A stretch of 64,000 nt of DNA from Gammaproteobacteria bacterium. GTDB taxonomy: Bacteria; Pseudomonadota; Gammaproteobacteria; Eutrophobiales; Eutrophobiaceae. Under the pieces are notes generated by a model. The model saw only the letters and a list, made by a program, of their open reading frames with translations. It had not been told where the DNA came from and did not search any database. The stretch is from contig OZ244905.1 in assembly GCA_965221695.1 (NCBI GenBank), positions 608,001 through 672,000 on the forward strand, in the 5' to 3' direction. The first letter of the stretch is position 1. Each line of letters starts with the position of its first letter. Shown in pieces: positions 51,259 to 61,602 of the stretch. Made by a program: the position numbers and the translations under genes.

Positions 51259-54200
51259 TCAAACATCCCTCAATCGTTCTATCAGTTGCTGTAATGCCAG
51301 TTTTACCGTCTGCGCTCGCTCTGCCACCGGTTCGGTCAGGGGATCGGACAGTCTCGACAGCATCGGCAGCAGGCGTTTGCGCAGTTGTTCCGCCTGTTCA
51401 GACGGCAGGTTATCCTTACCCTGTTCAACTTTTTCCAAGCGCTGGCGCAACTGGTAAATCACGTTCCAGGCCGATTCGACATAAGCAGGTCCGTCGCCGG
51501 CATGATAGGCGCAACCGGAGCGCAGGATATACAGGTCCGGACTCCAGTAGGTTGCCAGCAGGTCGTCTAGCATTTCCAACGCATCCCGCGCAGCCTGTGT
51601 ATCACCATCTTCCCGCGCCTGCGCCACGCGCCAGTCCACCCGTAATTTGACCGCAATCGGAAATACCGGCGAAGTGGGCGGTACCCGCGCCAGGCTATCA
51701 TCCAACTCCCTGATGCGCCCGAATTGTCCGCGCAAGCCGTAGGTCCAGGCTTCGAATACGCGCCGCTCCGGGCCGCGCAAGCTGTTGGCCAGGGTAATAA
51801 TCTCTCGCGGCACCTGGCCGCGCGCGATATCACCGAGGTGTAGCATCAGCAGGCCGTACTTTGCGTTATCATTACCCGGATTGATCGACAACGCCAGATT
51901 GTATCGCTCACGCGCCCGTTCCGTATCGCCGCTGTTGTCCAGACCCATAGCCTCGATCACCGCCTTGCTGTCCTCTGCCGCCACGGCTTGCGCCAAATCG
52001 TAGGCGCGCCGGACGAAATCGCCCATCAGCAGGCGTTCGGCAATATACGCCAGGTCCAGATCGCCGGCATGTTGCCGGTGAAACCGGCTCTGCGGGTTCG
52101 TTAACGGGTCCATGCCGTCGAAAATCTTCTGCATGTCATCGGCTGTCAGCCCGTCTCCGTTGTTACGGCTGAAGAAGGCCAGCCGGTTATGCTCATCCGT
52201 ATTCACCGGCGCTCCGCCGGCAAATTGCCGGATAGCCTCATTGTCCAGGGTCAACATGACCAGCGCGTCTTCAATCCCGCGCATGCCCAGGCGGTTATAG
52301 TGACGCGGATGTTGCTGCAGGGCGCGACCCGCATTGCGCGCGCCGTTCCAGATTTCGATGGGAACATCCGCGCCAAGGAAAAACAGCACCTCCCGCTCCG
52401 GCTGGTACAGTTCCACATAGCTGAATTGTTCCGCGACCGTTGCTGCGAGCGTCTTCAGCAATGCCTCATCCACGAAACGGGAATTGATCCATTGCAGAAA
52501 CACGCCGCCGTTGTTAAGACGGGACTTGGCCAGCGCCAGGAACTCGCGGGTATACAGGTGGGAAGCGCCGCCGGTCCACGGATGCGAGGGTTGCGACACG
52601 ATGATGTCGTAACGCTTGTCAGACAGCATGATGGCATTGCGGGCGTCGTTGATCACCAGGTTCACACGCGGGTCCGAAAACGGATCGTGGCCGCGTTCGT
52701 TACTGACCGCGTCGTTGGCGCTGATCACCTTCGGTTCCAGTTCAATGACATCGATATCAGCGATGTGAGGCGCGACGCCTTCCAGCGCCACACCACCACC
52801 AAAGCCGACGACCAGCATGGAACGGGCGTCGGGCCGAGCCAGGGTGGTCAGGCCGGACAACCACTTCTGCGAGTTATTGACTGGCGCCGTGCCGAGCCTG
52901 GCGATGGCGGATTCCGACAGGCCGTTACTGGACAAGTGAAAAAAACCGTCCAGTTCGGTCATCAATATGGTCGCCGAACGGCCGACACCGTAGTAGTATT
53001 CTTCACCCCGCACTTTGTCATCCGGAACCTGCGCATAGATGAGGTCATCCGGACGCTCGAAGCGCAGCACAAATAAGCTGAGTACAGCCAGCGCCAGCGC
53101 ACCGGACATGGTCCATTTCCGTTGTGGTTGCAGGGTCGCGGCGACAACGGCAGCCAGTGCAATGCTGACCAGCATGACCAGTTGCAGCGTGTGGCCGAAA
53201 CCAAGGGCCGGCAGGAGGAAAAATCCGGTCAGCAACGCGCCGCTGATAGCCCCGACCGTGTTCCAGCTATAGATGCGACCGGCCACGCCGGCAGCCACTT
53301 GCGCCTGTTGTGCGCCGATGCGTACCGCCAGCGGATAGGTAGCGCCGATGAACAGTGTAGCCGGAACAATCACCAGGAAGGCGTACAGCGCTTTGCCGGC
53401 TAACTCCCTACCTTCCGGCAACCATGCACAGATGACGGTATAGGAGAGCCAGGAAAATATCGCGATCAGCGCCTGCGCGGCGCTGAACAGCGCCAGCGCC
53501 CTGCTTCGCTCCCGCGCCAGGGGGCCTGCCGCCAACCCGCCCAGGGCAATACCGGTGAGAAAACAGGCCAGCATAATGGAGAACGCATAGATGGTCCCGC
53601 CGAACAGGTGACTCAACAAGCGCGTCCAGAGCACTTCCAGGGTGAACGAGACCATGCCGGAGACCAGCATCACTGGCATGATCCAATGGTAGCGGGTCTG
53701 GCGCACAGTGTGTCCCTGGGAAACTGGATCGTCAGCAGGTCCTTCGGCGCCAGTTTCCATCGCAGGTTGGGCAGCAGTAAGGCGAGGCGAACCGGGATCG
53801 CCCCCTTGTCCTTGAGCATCTGTCCCCGCTCCTTGTTGGACGGCAACGAGGCGCGCCAGGTAGAGCGCGATGAAAAATACGAGCAGGTTAACTCCGGCGC
53901 CGACTCCGAGGGTACCGAACAGACCCAGCCAGGGTAACAGCAGGAAACCCGCCACCAGGGCGCCAAACACCGCGCCCAAGGTATTAATGCCGTAAAGGAA
54001 ACCGACCCTGGGTCCGATCTGGTTGTCGGCGCTGACTGCGTATTTTGCCAGCAGCGGCAGCGTCGCGCCCATGGCCGCGGTGGGCAGGGACAGGATCAGA
54101 AATGTGGCCGCAAGGTAGTACAGAGTCTGCCCTACGCCCGTATCGGATACCGGTTCCGGCATGCCGCCGAACACTGAGATAAACAGCAGTTGGGCGACAC

Positions 54201-54630
54201 CCAGTAGCGCCGGCACAAGTAATGCGGTTATGCCAATCAAACCCTCCAACACACCGTAGACCAGTACCGGTCGGCGGAGTGCGGGCACAAACCGGGCTGC
54301 CAGCGCCGCGCCCAGGGCCAGTCCCGCCATGTACGCCGCCAGTGTCGTCGCCACGGCGATATGCGAAGTCCCGAATACCACCCCCAGTTTCTTCAACCAG
54401 GCAGCCTGGTACAGCAGCGCGGCAAAACCGGACAGGAAAAAACAGGCCGCCAGCGCGAGCAACACTGGTTTTTCCCTGCTAGCTACTGGATTGGGGGAAG
54501 GCCCCTGCTTTTCATATGCAGGAGTATCTTTGAAACCTGTTCTTTTTTTGCCGGAAGCAGACTGAGATCCGATGCTCTCCCCGCGCCCGGACTGCCTGTT
54601 GGAACGCATTTTAGCCCTTTTTTGAGCCAT
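51259..54630 (-). CDS. Fused membrane domain / spermidine synthase-like protein with helical C-terminus
   Basis: FFLSGFAALLYQ, MGATLP, YGINTLGA repeats; VVGFGGG, VIELEP, NDAR, YDIIVSQPSHPW, LYTREF. Confidence 0.85.
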   Translation of the reverse strand: MAQKRAKMRSNRQSGRGESIGSQSASGKKRTGFKDTPAYEKQGPSPNPVASREKPVLLALAACFFLSGFAALLYQAAWLKKLGVVFGTSHIAVATTLAAYMAGLALGAALAARFVPALRRPVLVYGVLEGLIGITALLVPALLGVAQLLFISVFGGMPEPVSDTGVGQTLYYLAATFLILSLPTAAMGATLPLLAKYAVSADNQIGPRVGFLYGINTLGAVFGALVAGFLLLPWLGLFGTLGVGAGVNLLVFFIALYLARLVAVQQGAGTDAQGQGGDPGSPRLTAAQPAMETGAEGPADDPVSQGHTVRQTRYHWIMPVMLVSGMVSFTLEVLWTRLLSHLFGGTIYAFSIMLACFLTGIALGGLAAGPLARERSRALALFSAAQALIAIFSWLSYTVICAWLPEGRELAGKALYAFLVIVPATLFIGATYPLAVRIGAQQAQVAAGVAGRIYSWNTVGAISGALLTGFFLLPALGFGHTLQLVMLVSIALAAVVAATLQPQRKWTMSGALALAVLSLFVLRFERPDDLIYAQVPDDKVRGEEYYYGVGRSATILMTELDGFFHLSSNGLSESAIARLGTAPVNNSQKWLSGLTTLARPDARSMLVVGFGGGVALEGVAPHIADIDVIELEPKVISANDAVSNERGHDPFSDPRVNLVINDARNAIMLSDKRYDIIVSQPSHPWTGGASHLYTREFLALAKSRLNNGGVFLQWINSRFVDEALLKTLAATVAEQFSYVELYQPEREVLFFLGADVPIEIWNGARNAGRALQQHPRHYNRLGMRGIEDALVMLTLDNEAIRQFAGGAPVNTDEHNRLAFFSRNNGDGLTADDMQKIFDGMDPLTNPQSRFHRQHAGDLDLAYIAERLLMGDFVRRAYDLAQAVAAEDSKAVIEAMGLDNSGDTERARERYNLALSINPGNDNAKYGLLMLHLGDIARGQVPREIITLANSLRGPERRVFEAWTYGLRGQFGRIRELDDSLARVPPTSPVFPIAVKLRVDWRVAQAREDGDTQAARDALEMLDDLLATYWSPDLYILRSGCAYHAGDGPAYVESAWNVIYQLRQRLEKVEQGKDNLPSEQAEQLRKRLLPMLSRLSDPLTEPVAERAQTVKLALQQLIERLRDV

Positions 54631-54631
54631 T

Positions 54632-54900
54632 CTAGTACTCTTTCAACTTAATTTTGACATGTTCAGAGTCACACAGCGACGCCAAGACAAGGCGCAGCCC
54701 GCCGGTAATGGCGCGCCCTTGCCAAGGGCTGCAACGCCGTATTGGCGTCGCTGTGTGGCTCCCTGCGGGCGGGCCGGGAAGCGGTCGCCCGCTGCGTTGC
54801 ACCGCTTGCGAAGGGCGCGCCATTCCCTGCGCATCGCGCCTTGCGCTCAACCGCTTCCCGACCCGCTGAATATGTCAAAATTAAGTTGAAAGAGTACTAG
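54632..54900. mobile_element. 269-bp MITE with about 35-bp terminal inverted repeats and CTAG/TA ends
   Basis: CTAGTACTCTTTCAACTTAATTTTGACATGTTCAG ... CTGAATATGTCAAAATTAAGTTGAAAGAGTACTAG; GC-rich self-complementary interior. Confidence 0.88.
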
Positions 54901-54930
54901 TTTATGGTCCCTGACTCGTAATCCGCACAC

Positions 54931-55171
54931 CATTCCCGTGCAAACGAGAATCCAGTAAGCAACATTTCCTTAGGAAACTCTGATTAAGTCAGAGTTTCCT
55001 TCGATACAGGGAGGTATCGCCACAATCAATGACGATAAGTCATTGATTGTGTGAGCACAACAAAAATCGCATTTTTGTTGTGCGTGCTCTGACAAGTCCA
55101 GGATGGATTTGTTCAGAGCTTCCATTATAAGGGTATTGTCGCCGACTGGATTCCCGCCGCTGCGGAAATGG
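54931..55171. repeat. REP-like doublet (CATTCCCG...GAATCCAG / CTGGATTCCCG...GAAATG) interrupted by a MITE
   Basis: Left arm matches 11688 through AGCAAC..TTCCTTA and resumes after the insertion with TAAGGG..TTG. Confidence 0.7.
54973..55123. mobile_element. Second full copy of the five-hairpin MITE
   Basis: GGAAACTCTGA...TCAGAGCTTCC with the same five stems as 51096. Confidence 0.85.
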
Positions 55172-55199
55172 CAAGCGCTGGCGGGGTATGCCAGGTTGA

Positions 55200-57509
55200 C
55201 TAGAAGTCTACCCTGGCGCGCACCCCCCAGGTTGCCGGTTGCCCCATATACATCGTATTCCCCCCCTCGGTAAGCCCTTCAAATCCATTGGTGGCGTACA
55301 ATGTGTCCGTTACATTCTTACCGTACACGGATATTCGATAGCGATCGTCCGGCCCGAACATGTAGTAACCGTTGACATTCAGGACAAAATACTCATCGTC
55401 CGGGAAGGTGTTGGCCACGTCGAACCAGCGTTCATCTTTATAGCGTCCGTCTACAATGACCCCGAACATGCCGTTGCCCATCGGCCAGTCCTGGCGTACG
55501 GAAAAATTGAAGCTAAGATCAGCCGCGCCAGGCAAACCATTCCCGATCTGGCTCTCATCAGCGCTATCAACTATCTCTGTATCAAGATAGGATACTCCAA
55601 CATTCAGATAAGTATGTTCCATAGGCGCCCAATCCAAAGTGGCATCCATCCCCCAGATTTCTGAACTGACGGCAATCCGGATGAATTCTCCATTGAGAAA
55701 CTGGCTGATTTGCTGGTCACGGAAGTCATTGAAAAACCCTGAAATATTGAGACGCGCCTTGCCGCCTGCCAGGTCGGATTTAATTCCGATTTCAAAGGCA
55801 TCCACCTTCTCCGGTGACAGCGGGTTATCGGCAAGACCAAGCATAATGAACATGGGCGCGGTATTGAAGTTGCCGGCCTTGTAACCGCGGCTCCATTGCG
55901 CAAAAGTCAGGATGTCGTCGTTCAGCCGGTAGTCAACTCCCACCTTGGCGCCCCATTCTTCCCAGGTGGTATCGTTGATATTGGCATCCGGATTATCGGG
56001 ACCACCGACAGTACGCGTATTCAAGCCATTATTCTTGGCGACAGTCCAAAGATCCTCAAAATCAGGCAGGTCTTCACCGGAATACAACGGCCCCGCCAGC
56101 TCCGCCCCCCAAACCCCGGGACCGCCGAAGATGGCCCTGGCGCTGCCCTTGACATTATCCGAACCATAGCGAAAACCGCCCTTGAAGGTGAGTGGTTCGG
56201 CAACATCGTACTCAACGTCAATATAACCGGAATAGGTGGTGTTTTCTCGGATACCTTCCGCTTTTACCAGCAGCGGCACAGGGTTTTCCCGAGAACCATT
56301 CTCAAATACCGGCCCGGGTGTCAGCGATATGTCTTCCCAGAAACCGTACACGCCCAGGTGCCAGCGCAACTTGTCCTCATCCTTGGAGCTTATCCTGAAT
56401 TCCTGGCTGATCTGGTCCTGCTCGGTATGCTGCCAGAAGTGAAAAGCCGGCGTCGGTGTGCCGTCCGCATCCTCGTTATAGTCGTTTTCGCTTTCTTCAT
56501 ATGCTGAGATCGACGTGAAGGTGAAGTTGTCAAATTCCCATACCACATGCGCAGAGAACCCTTTGCCTTCCACATCCAGTCTCGGGCGCTCCATGTCGTA
56601 AGGTGTATCGAGCTGGTCGCCACTGCCCACATATCCCGCGGCATTGGCGCAGGCGCCCGGCTTATTCGGTGTTGCACAGGGTTGGGTCGGGTCGTTCGGG
56701 TCCCGGGTACCGACAAACATCACCAGGTCCTGGTCGGACTTAATCTGTTCGTAATGGCCTTTCAACCGGACATAGATGTCATCGGAAAGCTGGAAAGCAA
56801 GCTGGCCGCGGATGCCGTACTTGTCGGCGCCGCCAATCTTGGAATCGTAAACGGAATTTTTCCGGAAATCATCCCGTGTGTGGTACTGGGCGGCAATACG
56901 AATGGCAGCTTTGTCACCGAGCGGTGCGCCGAACGCGCCATCCAGTTCCACGTTGTCCCAGCGCCCGTAGCCGGCGCTGAGAAACCCGTTGGCCTCGCCG
57001 CCGATTTCAGGCTTGCGGGTAACGTAGTTGACGGCGCCGCCGGTGGTATTGCGCCCATACAAGGTATTCTGCGGCCCGGCCATCACCTCGACCCGTTCCA
57101 TGTCATAGACCTGGGCCAGGTTTACCCCGGGTGATTCCAGCACTACCTCATCCACATACACCCCCACGCTGTTCGACGAGGCCAGGCCCTTGGCGCCGAC
57201 ACCGCGGATGAAGAAGTTGCCATAGGTATAGCCACCGTTGTTGATAATATCAAAATTCGGCACTTTGAGCAGAACCTCCTGGGCGCCGGAAAGGTTTTGT
57301 AGTTCCAGTTCATCGCCGCTGAAAGCCGTGATGGTAATACCGATATCCTGCAATGACTCGGTACGTTTGGTCGCGGTAACGACGATTTCCTCCAACGCCT
57401 GGGACCAAGCAATTGGAAGGTTTGCGACAGCGAGAACCAGCCCGAACAGGGACGCACACAACGCGCCAGAGTTTCTGTTCAGCCGTGCAGGCAATAAGTT
57501 ATTGTTCAT
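55200..57509 (-). CDS. TonB-dependent receptor
   Basis: LEEIVVTATKR, VEVMAGPQNTLYGRNTTGG, terminal VDF. Confidence 0.93.
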   Translation of the reverse strand: MNNNLLPARLNRNSGALCASLFGLVLAVANLPIAWSQALEEIVVTATKRTESLQDIGITITAFSGDELELQNLSGAQEVLLKVPNFDIINNGGYTYGNFFIRGVGAKGLASSNSVGVYVDEVVLESPGVNLAQVYDMERVEVMAGPQNTLYGRNTTGGAVNYVTRKPEIGGEANGFLSAGYGRWDNVELDGAFGAPLGDKAAIRIAAQYHTRDDFRKNSVYDSKIGGADKYGIRGQLAFQLSDDIYVRLKGHYEQIKSDQDLVMFVGTRDPNDPTQPCATPNKPGACANAAGYVGSGDQLDTPYDMERPRLDVEGKGFSAHVVWEFDNFTFTSISAYEESENDYNEDADGTPTPAFHFWQHTEQDQISQEFRISSKDEDKLRWHLGVYGFWEDISLTPGPVFENGSRENPVPLLVKAEGIRENTTYSGYIDVEYDVAEPLTFKGGFRYGSDNVKGSARAIFGGPGVWGAELAGPLYSGEDLPDFEDLWTVAKNNGLNTRTVGGPDNPDANINDTTWEEWGAKVGVDYRLNDDILTFAQWSRGYKAGNFNTAPMFIMLGLADNPLSPEKVDAFEIGIKSDLAGGKARLNISGFFNDFRDQQISQFLNGEFIRIAVSSEIWGMDATLDWAPMEHTYLNVGVSYLDTEIVDSADESQIGNGLPGAADLSFNFSVRQDWPMGNGMFGVIVDGRYKDERWFDVANTFPDDEYFVLNVNGYYMFGPDDRYRISVYGKNVTDTLYATNGFEGLTEGGNTMYMGQPATWGVRARVDF

Positions 57510-57522
57510 TCTATACCCCTCA

Positions 57523-57684
57523 TTGTTTTACAACCGTAGTATTGAGCCCGGCTCGATATTTGTTCTGTTTGGCAAAATTACAACATTAATAATTCAAATG
57601 CAACAGCTAATGTACAACAATTCAGTTGATATTTTACAGATTATTGGAATGATTAACGTGATTTTGCTTGTGTTTGTTGTACAA
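57523..57684. promoter_or_regulatory. Three TTGT-N3-ACAA-type operators in a divergent promoter
   Basis: TTGTTTTACAA (57523), ATGTACAACAA (57610), TTGTTGTACAA (57674). Confidence 0.6.
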
Positions 57685-57698
57685 AAGAGATAAAAAAG

Positions 57699-57729
57699 CT
57701 AGTACTCTTTCAACTTAATTTTGACATGT
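57699..57729. mobile_element. Solo left end of the 54632 MITE family
   Basis: CTAGTACTCTTTCAACTTAATTTTGACATGT identical to 54632-54662; no partner end seen nearby. Confidence 0.8.
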
Positions 57730-57868
57730 ATCAGATACAAGACAAAGCTGCCTGGCAGTTCCCATGGGCATTAGCCTGCATATTGCACCGGTGGATACAA
57801 TACTTGCGCAGAATATTTCAGGGCAAACGATTTGCACGGCAACAGCCACACGCTCAGAGGCTATCCGG

Positions 57869-59848
57869 ATGAAAAAAAATAAAACCCGAAAAGAAGAATC
57901 ATTGCTGGGGTTGGATCGGGAAATCACCCGCCGCGATTTTGTCGGCAGCGCCCTGGTCGGCGCCGGCGCCGGCCTGCTCGCGATGAAGGCGCCTGGGGTC
58001 CGGGCAGGTAACAACCCCGCGGTAACACACCGCAACATCCCGCAACAAATGCCGGTTCCCCTGACCGGCCTCTCACAGGACTGGACCGGACCCGGCGGTG
58101 TAGGCGATTACGCAGGAAAAAACGGCAATACCCATGAAGTGGTCAACGCCGCGCATGCCATCAGGAACCGTGAATTCGACAAGCAACTCGGCGGCGCGCA
58201 CGACACCGGCGAATCCTTCGACCTGGTCGTGGTCGGATGCGGTTTCGCCGGCTTGACCGCGGCGGCCACCTACCTGGAAGGCAATCCTGACGCCCGCATC
58301 CTGCTGCTGGACAACCATGCGATCTTCGGCGGCGAGGCCAAGGAGAACGAATTCGAGGTGGACGGTTACCGATTGTGGGGCCCACAGGGTTCGACCGGCA
58401 CGGTATTCAGCAAGGACAAGACCCGCCTGCCACTGTCGGTGCACCGCATGTGGCGCAAGCTGGGATTGCCGGAGAGTTTCGAACACCAGCAACTGGAAGG
58501 GACCGACAAGGACCTGTTTGTCCCGGTCGATGTCTGGGGTCCGATGCACGCGCGCTGGGAAGACGCCGACCTGGGCTGGTACTTCAAAGAGCATGGCTGG
58601 GTCAAGGACCCCTGGTCCAACGGCATGCGCGGCGCGCCCATTTCCGATAACCTGAAGAATGATTATTACGCGATGGAACTGTTCCGCCGCCCGCCGCGCC
58701 GTGACGACTGGAAGCAGTGGCTGGACAGTATGACCTACAAAGAATTCGTCATGAACGTGATGGGGCTGTCGGACGAGGTGTTTCCATACCTGGACCCGTT
58801 GTTGGCCGCGATGGGCACCGGCCTGGGCTGCGATGTGATATCGGCCTACCAGGCTTACGAGTTCGTGGCGCCGGGCGTCCATGCCTACCGCAGGTACCAG
58901 GGCCTTGGCGACCCCACCAACTTCTCCTATATCGCTTCGTTTCCCGGCGGTAACGGCGCACTGCTCAAGTATTTCGTCAAATTCCTGATACCGGACGCCA
59001 TCAGCGGCGATACCTCATTGGCCAACATGGCGGTCTACAGCCGGGTCAACTGGGACGCGCTGGACCGGCGCGATGCGCCGGTGAAGATGCGCCTGAGCGC
59101 TACTGTTGCTGCGGTTGAACATAACGGTCCACCCGATACGGCCGACGACGTATTCGTGACCTACTACAAAGACGGCAAACTGCATCGGGTCAACGCCAGA
59201 CATGTGGCGGTATGCAGCGGCCAATGGGTCAACCGTTATATCGTCAGGGACTTGCCGGATGAACACTTCGATGCCATGAGCGAGTTCCACCATGCGCCTA
59301 TCCTCACGTTGAACGTGGCGGTGCGCAACTGGAAGTTCATGGAGAACCTGGGCATTACCGCGGCGCGCTGGTTCGAGGGTTTCGGCTGGTTCATGAGCCT
59401 GCGCCGGCAGATGCTGTTCGACGGCAAGGCGCCGATGCCGCTGGACCCTGCCAAACCCACGGTTTTGACCCTGTTCATTCCGTTTACCCTGCACGGCATG
59501 CCGTTGAAGGAACAGGCAGTGGCATCCCGCATGCAGATGTTCGGCATGAGTTACAAAGAGATCGAAACCCGGCTGCGCGAGCAGTTTAGCGAAATGTTTT
59601 CCGCTTACGGGTTTGACGCCAGGCGGGACATCGCCGGCATCATCGCCAACCGCCATGGCCATGCCTACGGGGTGAGCGGGCCCGGGTTTTATTTCGGCAA
59701 CAAAGGGCGTGAAGCGCCCAGCGATATTATCCGCCGGGGTTTTGGGCGGATATGCTTCGGCCACTCGGAACTTACCGGCCACCAACTGTGGACGACCGCG
59801 GCCGAAGAAGGCGAGCGCGCGGCCCTGCAACTGCTTGATATTGCCTGA
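57869..59848 (+). CDS. Tat-exported FAD oxidoreductase, spermidine dehydrogenase (SpdH)-like
   Basis: LGLDREITRRDFVG Tat signal, VVGCGFAG, DNHAIFGGEAKENEF, FPGGN, NRHGHAY; start re-assigned to ATG 57869. Confidence 0.8.
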   Translation: MKKNKTRKEESLLGLDREITRRDFVGSALVGAGAGLLAMKAPGVRAGNNPAVTHRNIPQQMPVPLTGLSQDWTGPGGVGDYAGKNGNTHEVVNAAHAIRNREFDKQLGGAHDTGESFDLVVVGCGFAGLTAAATYLEGNPDARILLLDNHAIFGGEAKENEFEVDGYRLWGPQGSTGTVFSKDKTRLPLSVHRMWRKLGLPESFEHQQLEGTDKDLFVPVDVWGPMHARWEDADLGWYFKEHGWVKDPWSNGMRGAPISDNLKNDYYAMELFRRPPRRDDWKQWLDSMTYKEFVMNVMGLSDEVFPYLDPLLAAMGTGLGCDVISAYQAYEFVAPGVHAYRRYQGLGDPTNFSYIASFPGGNGALLKYFVKFLIPDAISGDTSLANMAVYSRVNWDALDRRDAPVKMRLSATVAAVEHNGPPDTADDVFVTYYKDGKLHRVNARHVAVCSGQWVNRYIVRDLPDEHFDAMSEFHHAPILTLNVAVRNWKFMENLGITAARWFEGFGWFMSLRRQMLFDGKAPMPLDPAKPTVLTLFIPFTLHGMPLKEQAVASRMQMFGMSYKEIETRLREQFSEMFSAYGFDARRDIAGIIANRHGHAYGVSGPGFYFGNKGREAPSDIIRRGFGRICFGHSELTGHQLWTTAAEEGERAALQLLDIA

Positions 59849-59886
59849 TCGCACAACTACTTACATATATTAACTCCGGCACACTT

Positions 59887-61602
59887 ATGAATAATCCATA
59901 TAATCTACTCCCTGGCGGATGGCGCAAACAGATTTGTTTCATGCTGCTCTTCATTTCACTGCCCACGCTGTCCGTGGCCGTTGAATTCACCGACCCGCCG
60001 AAACTTATTGCAAATCCGTCCGGGCGGGTACCGTTGGCTGCAGTCATCGAATTTACCAGCATTGAGCAGCTTGACGCCCATATCGAAATAACGGACGGGG
60101 AAAATACCTGGGATGCGGCCTTCGCTGCGGGCAGCGCTGAAGAAGGAAAATATGCAATTCCGGTACTGGGGATGCGGGCCGAGCGCGAGCACCAGATAAC
60201 CCTGACCTTGCGCTCAGATAATGAAACGGTTTATACCGAAACCTTCAGACATATGACTCCGGGCTATCCGGATAAACTGAATTTCCCCCAGATCAAGGTA
60301 TCCGTGTCCGAACCGGCGCGTATGGAACCTGGTGTTACCTTCCTCAGCGCCCGCCGGCGCGCCCTGGGACGCGGACACTGGTTGACGAAAAAGCAATACG
60401 AATGGTCCACCAATTTCGGGCTGCTCGTGGCCTTGGACAACAAGGGCGAGGTCGTGTGGTGGTTTGAATCGTCGTCCCGGGTGGCGGGGATTGAGCGACT
60501 CAGTAACGGGCATATCCTGATGCACCGTTTCAGTTCATCGCTTATCGTCGACATGCTCGGCAATGTGCAGGCGGAATACTACCCGGAAGACAATCCCATG
60601 CCGCCTCCCGATAACCCGAGTGCAATTCCCATCCGCAACCAGCAGACCTTGCATCACCAACCCCACGAATTGCCAGACGGCAATTTCCTTGCGTTTACCG
60701 CAAACGGCTATCCGATGAAAGACTGGTATTCCAGCGAGACGGACCCGGACGCGCCCAGGAAAGACGCCATCATCATGGCAGACTCCGTCGTCATCTTCAC
60801 ACCGGAAGGAGAACAGGTCTGGACCTGGGACTCCATGGATTACCTGGACCCCTGGCGCATCGGGCGCGACACCTTCTGGAGTTACTGGTGGACCCGGGGG
60901 TTCGACGGGTACCTCGACTGGACCCACGCCAACGGCTTGAGTTATGACCCGAGGGATGACTCGATCCTGGTGTCGTTCCGACAACAGAGTGCAGTCGTCA
61001 AGATCGACAAGAAAACCAAGGAGATCAAATGGATACTCGGCCATCACCGAGGCTGGCCGGCGCGCCTCAAGGACAAACTGCTGACGCCGGTTGGCGATCT
61101 CATGTGGCCTGCCTACCAGCATAACCCGCGAGTGACTCACGCCGGAACCATCATCCTGTTCGACAACCGCGCCTACAACGGCGCGATGGCCTTTGAAGAC
61201 TATCCGCCCCTGGAGGACAACTTCAGCCGCGCCGTCGAATACGAGGTGGACGAGGAAAACATGACCGTAAAACAGGTCTGGACCAGCGGCGACACCCAGA
61301 CCGAGGATTCCTGTTTCACCTATGCGATGAGCGACGCCTGGCGTTTGCCGATAACCGATAATCGCCTGGTGATCCATGCCTTTTGCACACCGCTGATACC
61401 CGGACTGGGCGAGGACATCATGGATGAAACCCGGCGCGTCACGGACGACATCTACTATCCGGGTGGGCACATCCTCGAATACGCCGGCGATGAAGTGGTG
61501 TTCCAAGTGGACTTCGGCATGGAACATGAACTGTTCCAGTGGAACGTATACGGTGGCTTCAGGAGTCCGAGCATATACCATACACCCGGCGCGGCGCACT
61601 GA
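59887..61602 (+). CDS. Aryl-sulfate sulfotransferase (ASST)
   Basis: N-terminal NPSGRVPLAA Ig-like domain; LHH, DWTHANG, SFRQQS, YQHNP, LFDN catalytic motifs. Confidence 0.88.
   Translation: MNNPYNLLPGGWRKQICFMLLFISLPTLSVAVEFTDPPKLIANPSGRVPLAAVIEFTSIEQLDAHIEITDGENTWDAAFAAGSAEEGKYAIPVLGMRAEREHQITLTLRSDNETVYTETFRHMTPGYPDKLNFPQIKVSVSEPARMEPGVTFLSARRRALGRGHWLTKKQYEWSTNFGLLVALDNKGEVVWWFESSSRVAGIERLSNGHILMHRFSSSLIVDMLGNVQAEYYPEDNPMPPPDNPSAIPIRNQQTLHHQPHELPDGNFLAFTANGYPMKDWYSSETDPDAPRKDAIIMADSVVIFTPEGEQVWTWDSMDYLDPWRIGRDTFWSYWWTRGFDGYLDWTHANGLSYDPRDDSILVSFRQQSAVVKIDKKTKEIKWILGHHRGWPARLKDKLLTPVGDLMWPAYQHNPRVTHAGTIILFDNRAYNGAMAFEDYPPLEDNFSRAVEYEVDEENMTVKQVWTSGDTQTEDSCFTYAMSDAWRLPITDNRLVIHAFCTPLIPGLGEDIMDETRRVTDDIYYPGGHILEYAGDEVVFQVDFGMEHELFQWNVYGGFRSPSIYHTPGAAH

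Noticed and set aside
54632-54889. Five overlapping small ORFs
   Set aside because: All fall within the GC-rich MITE; no coding signature.
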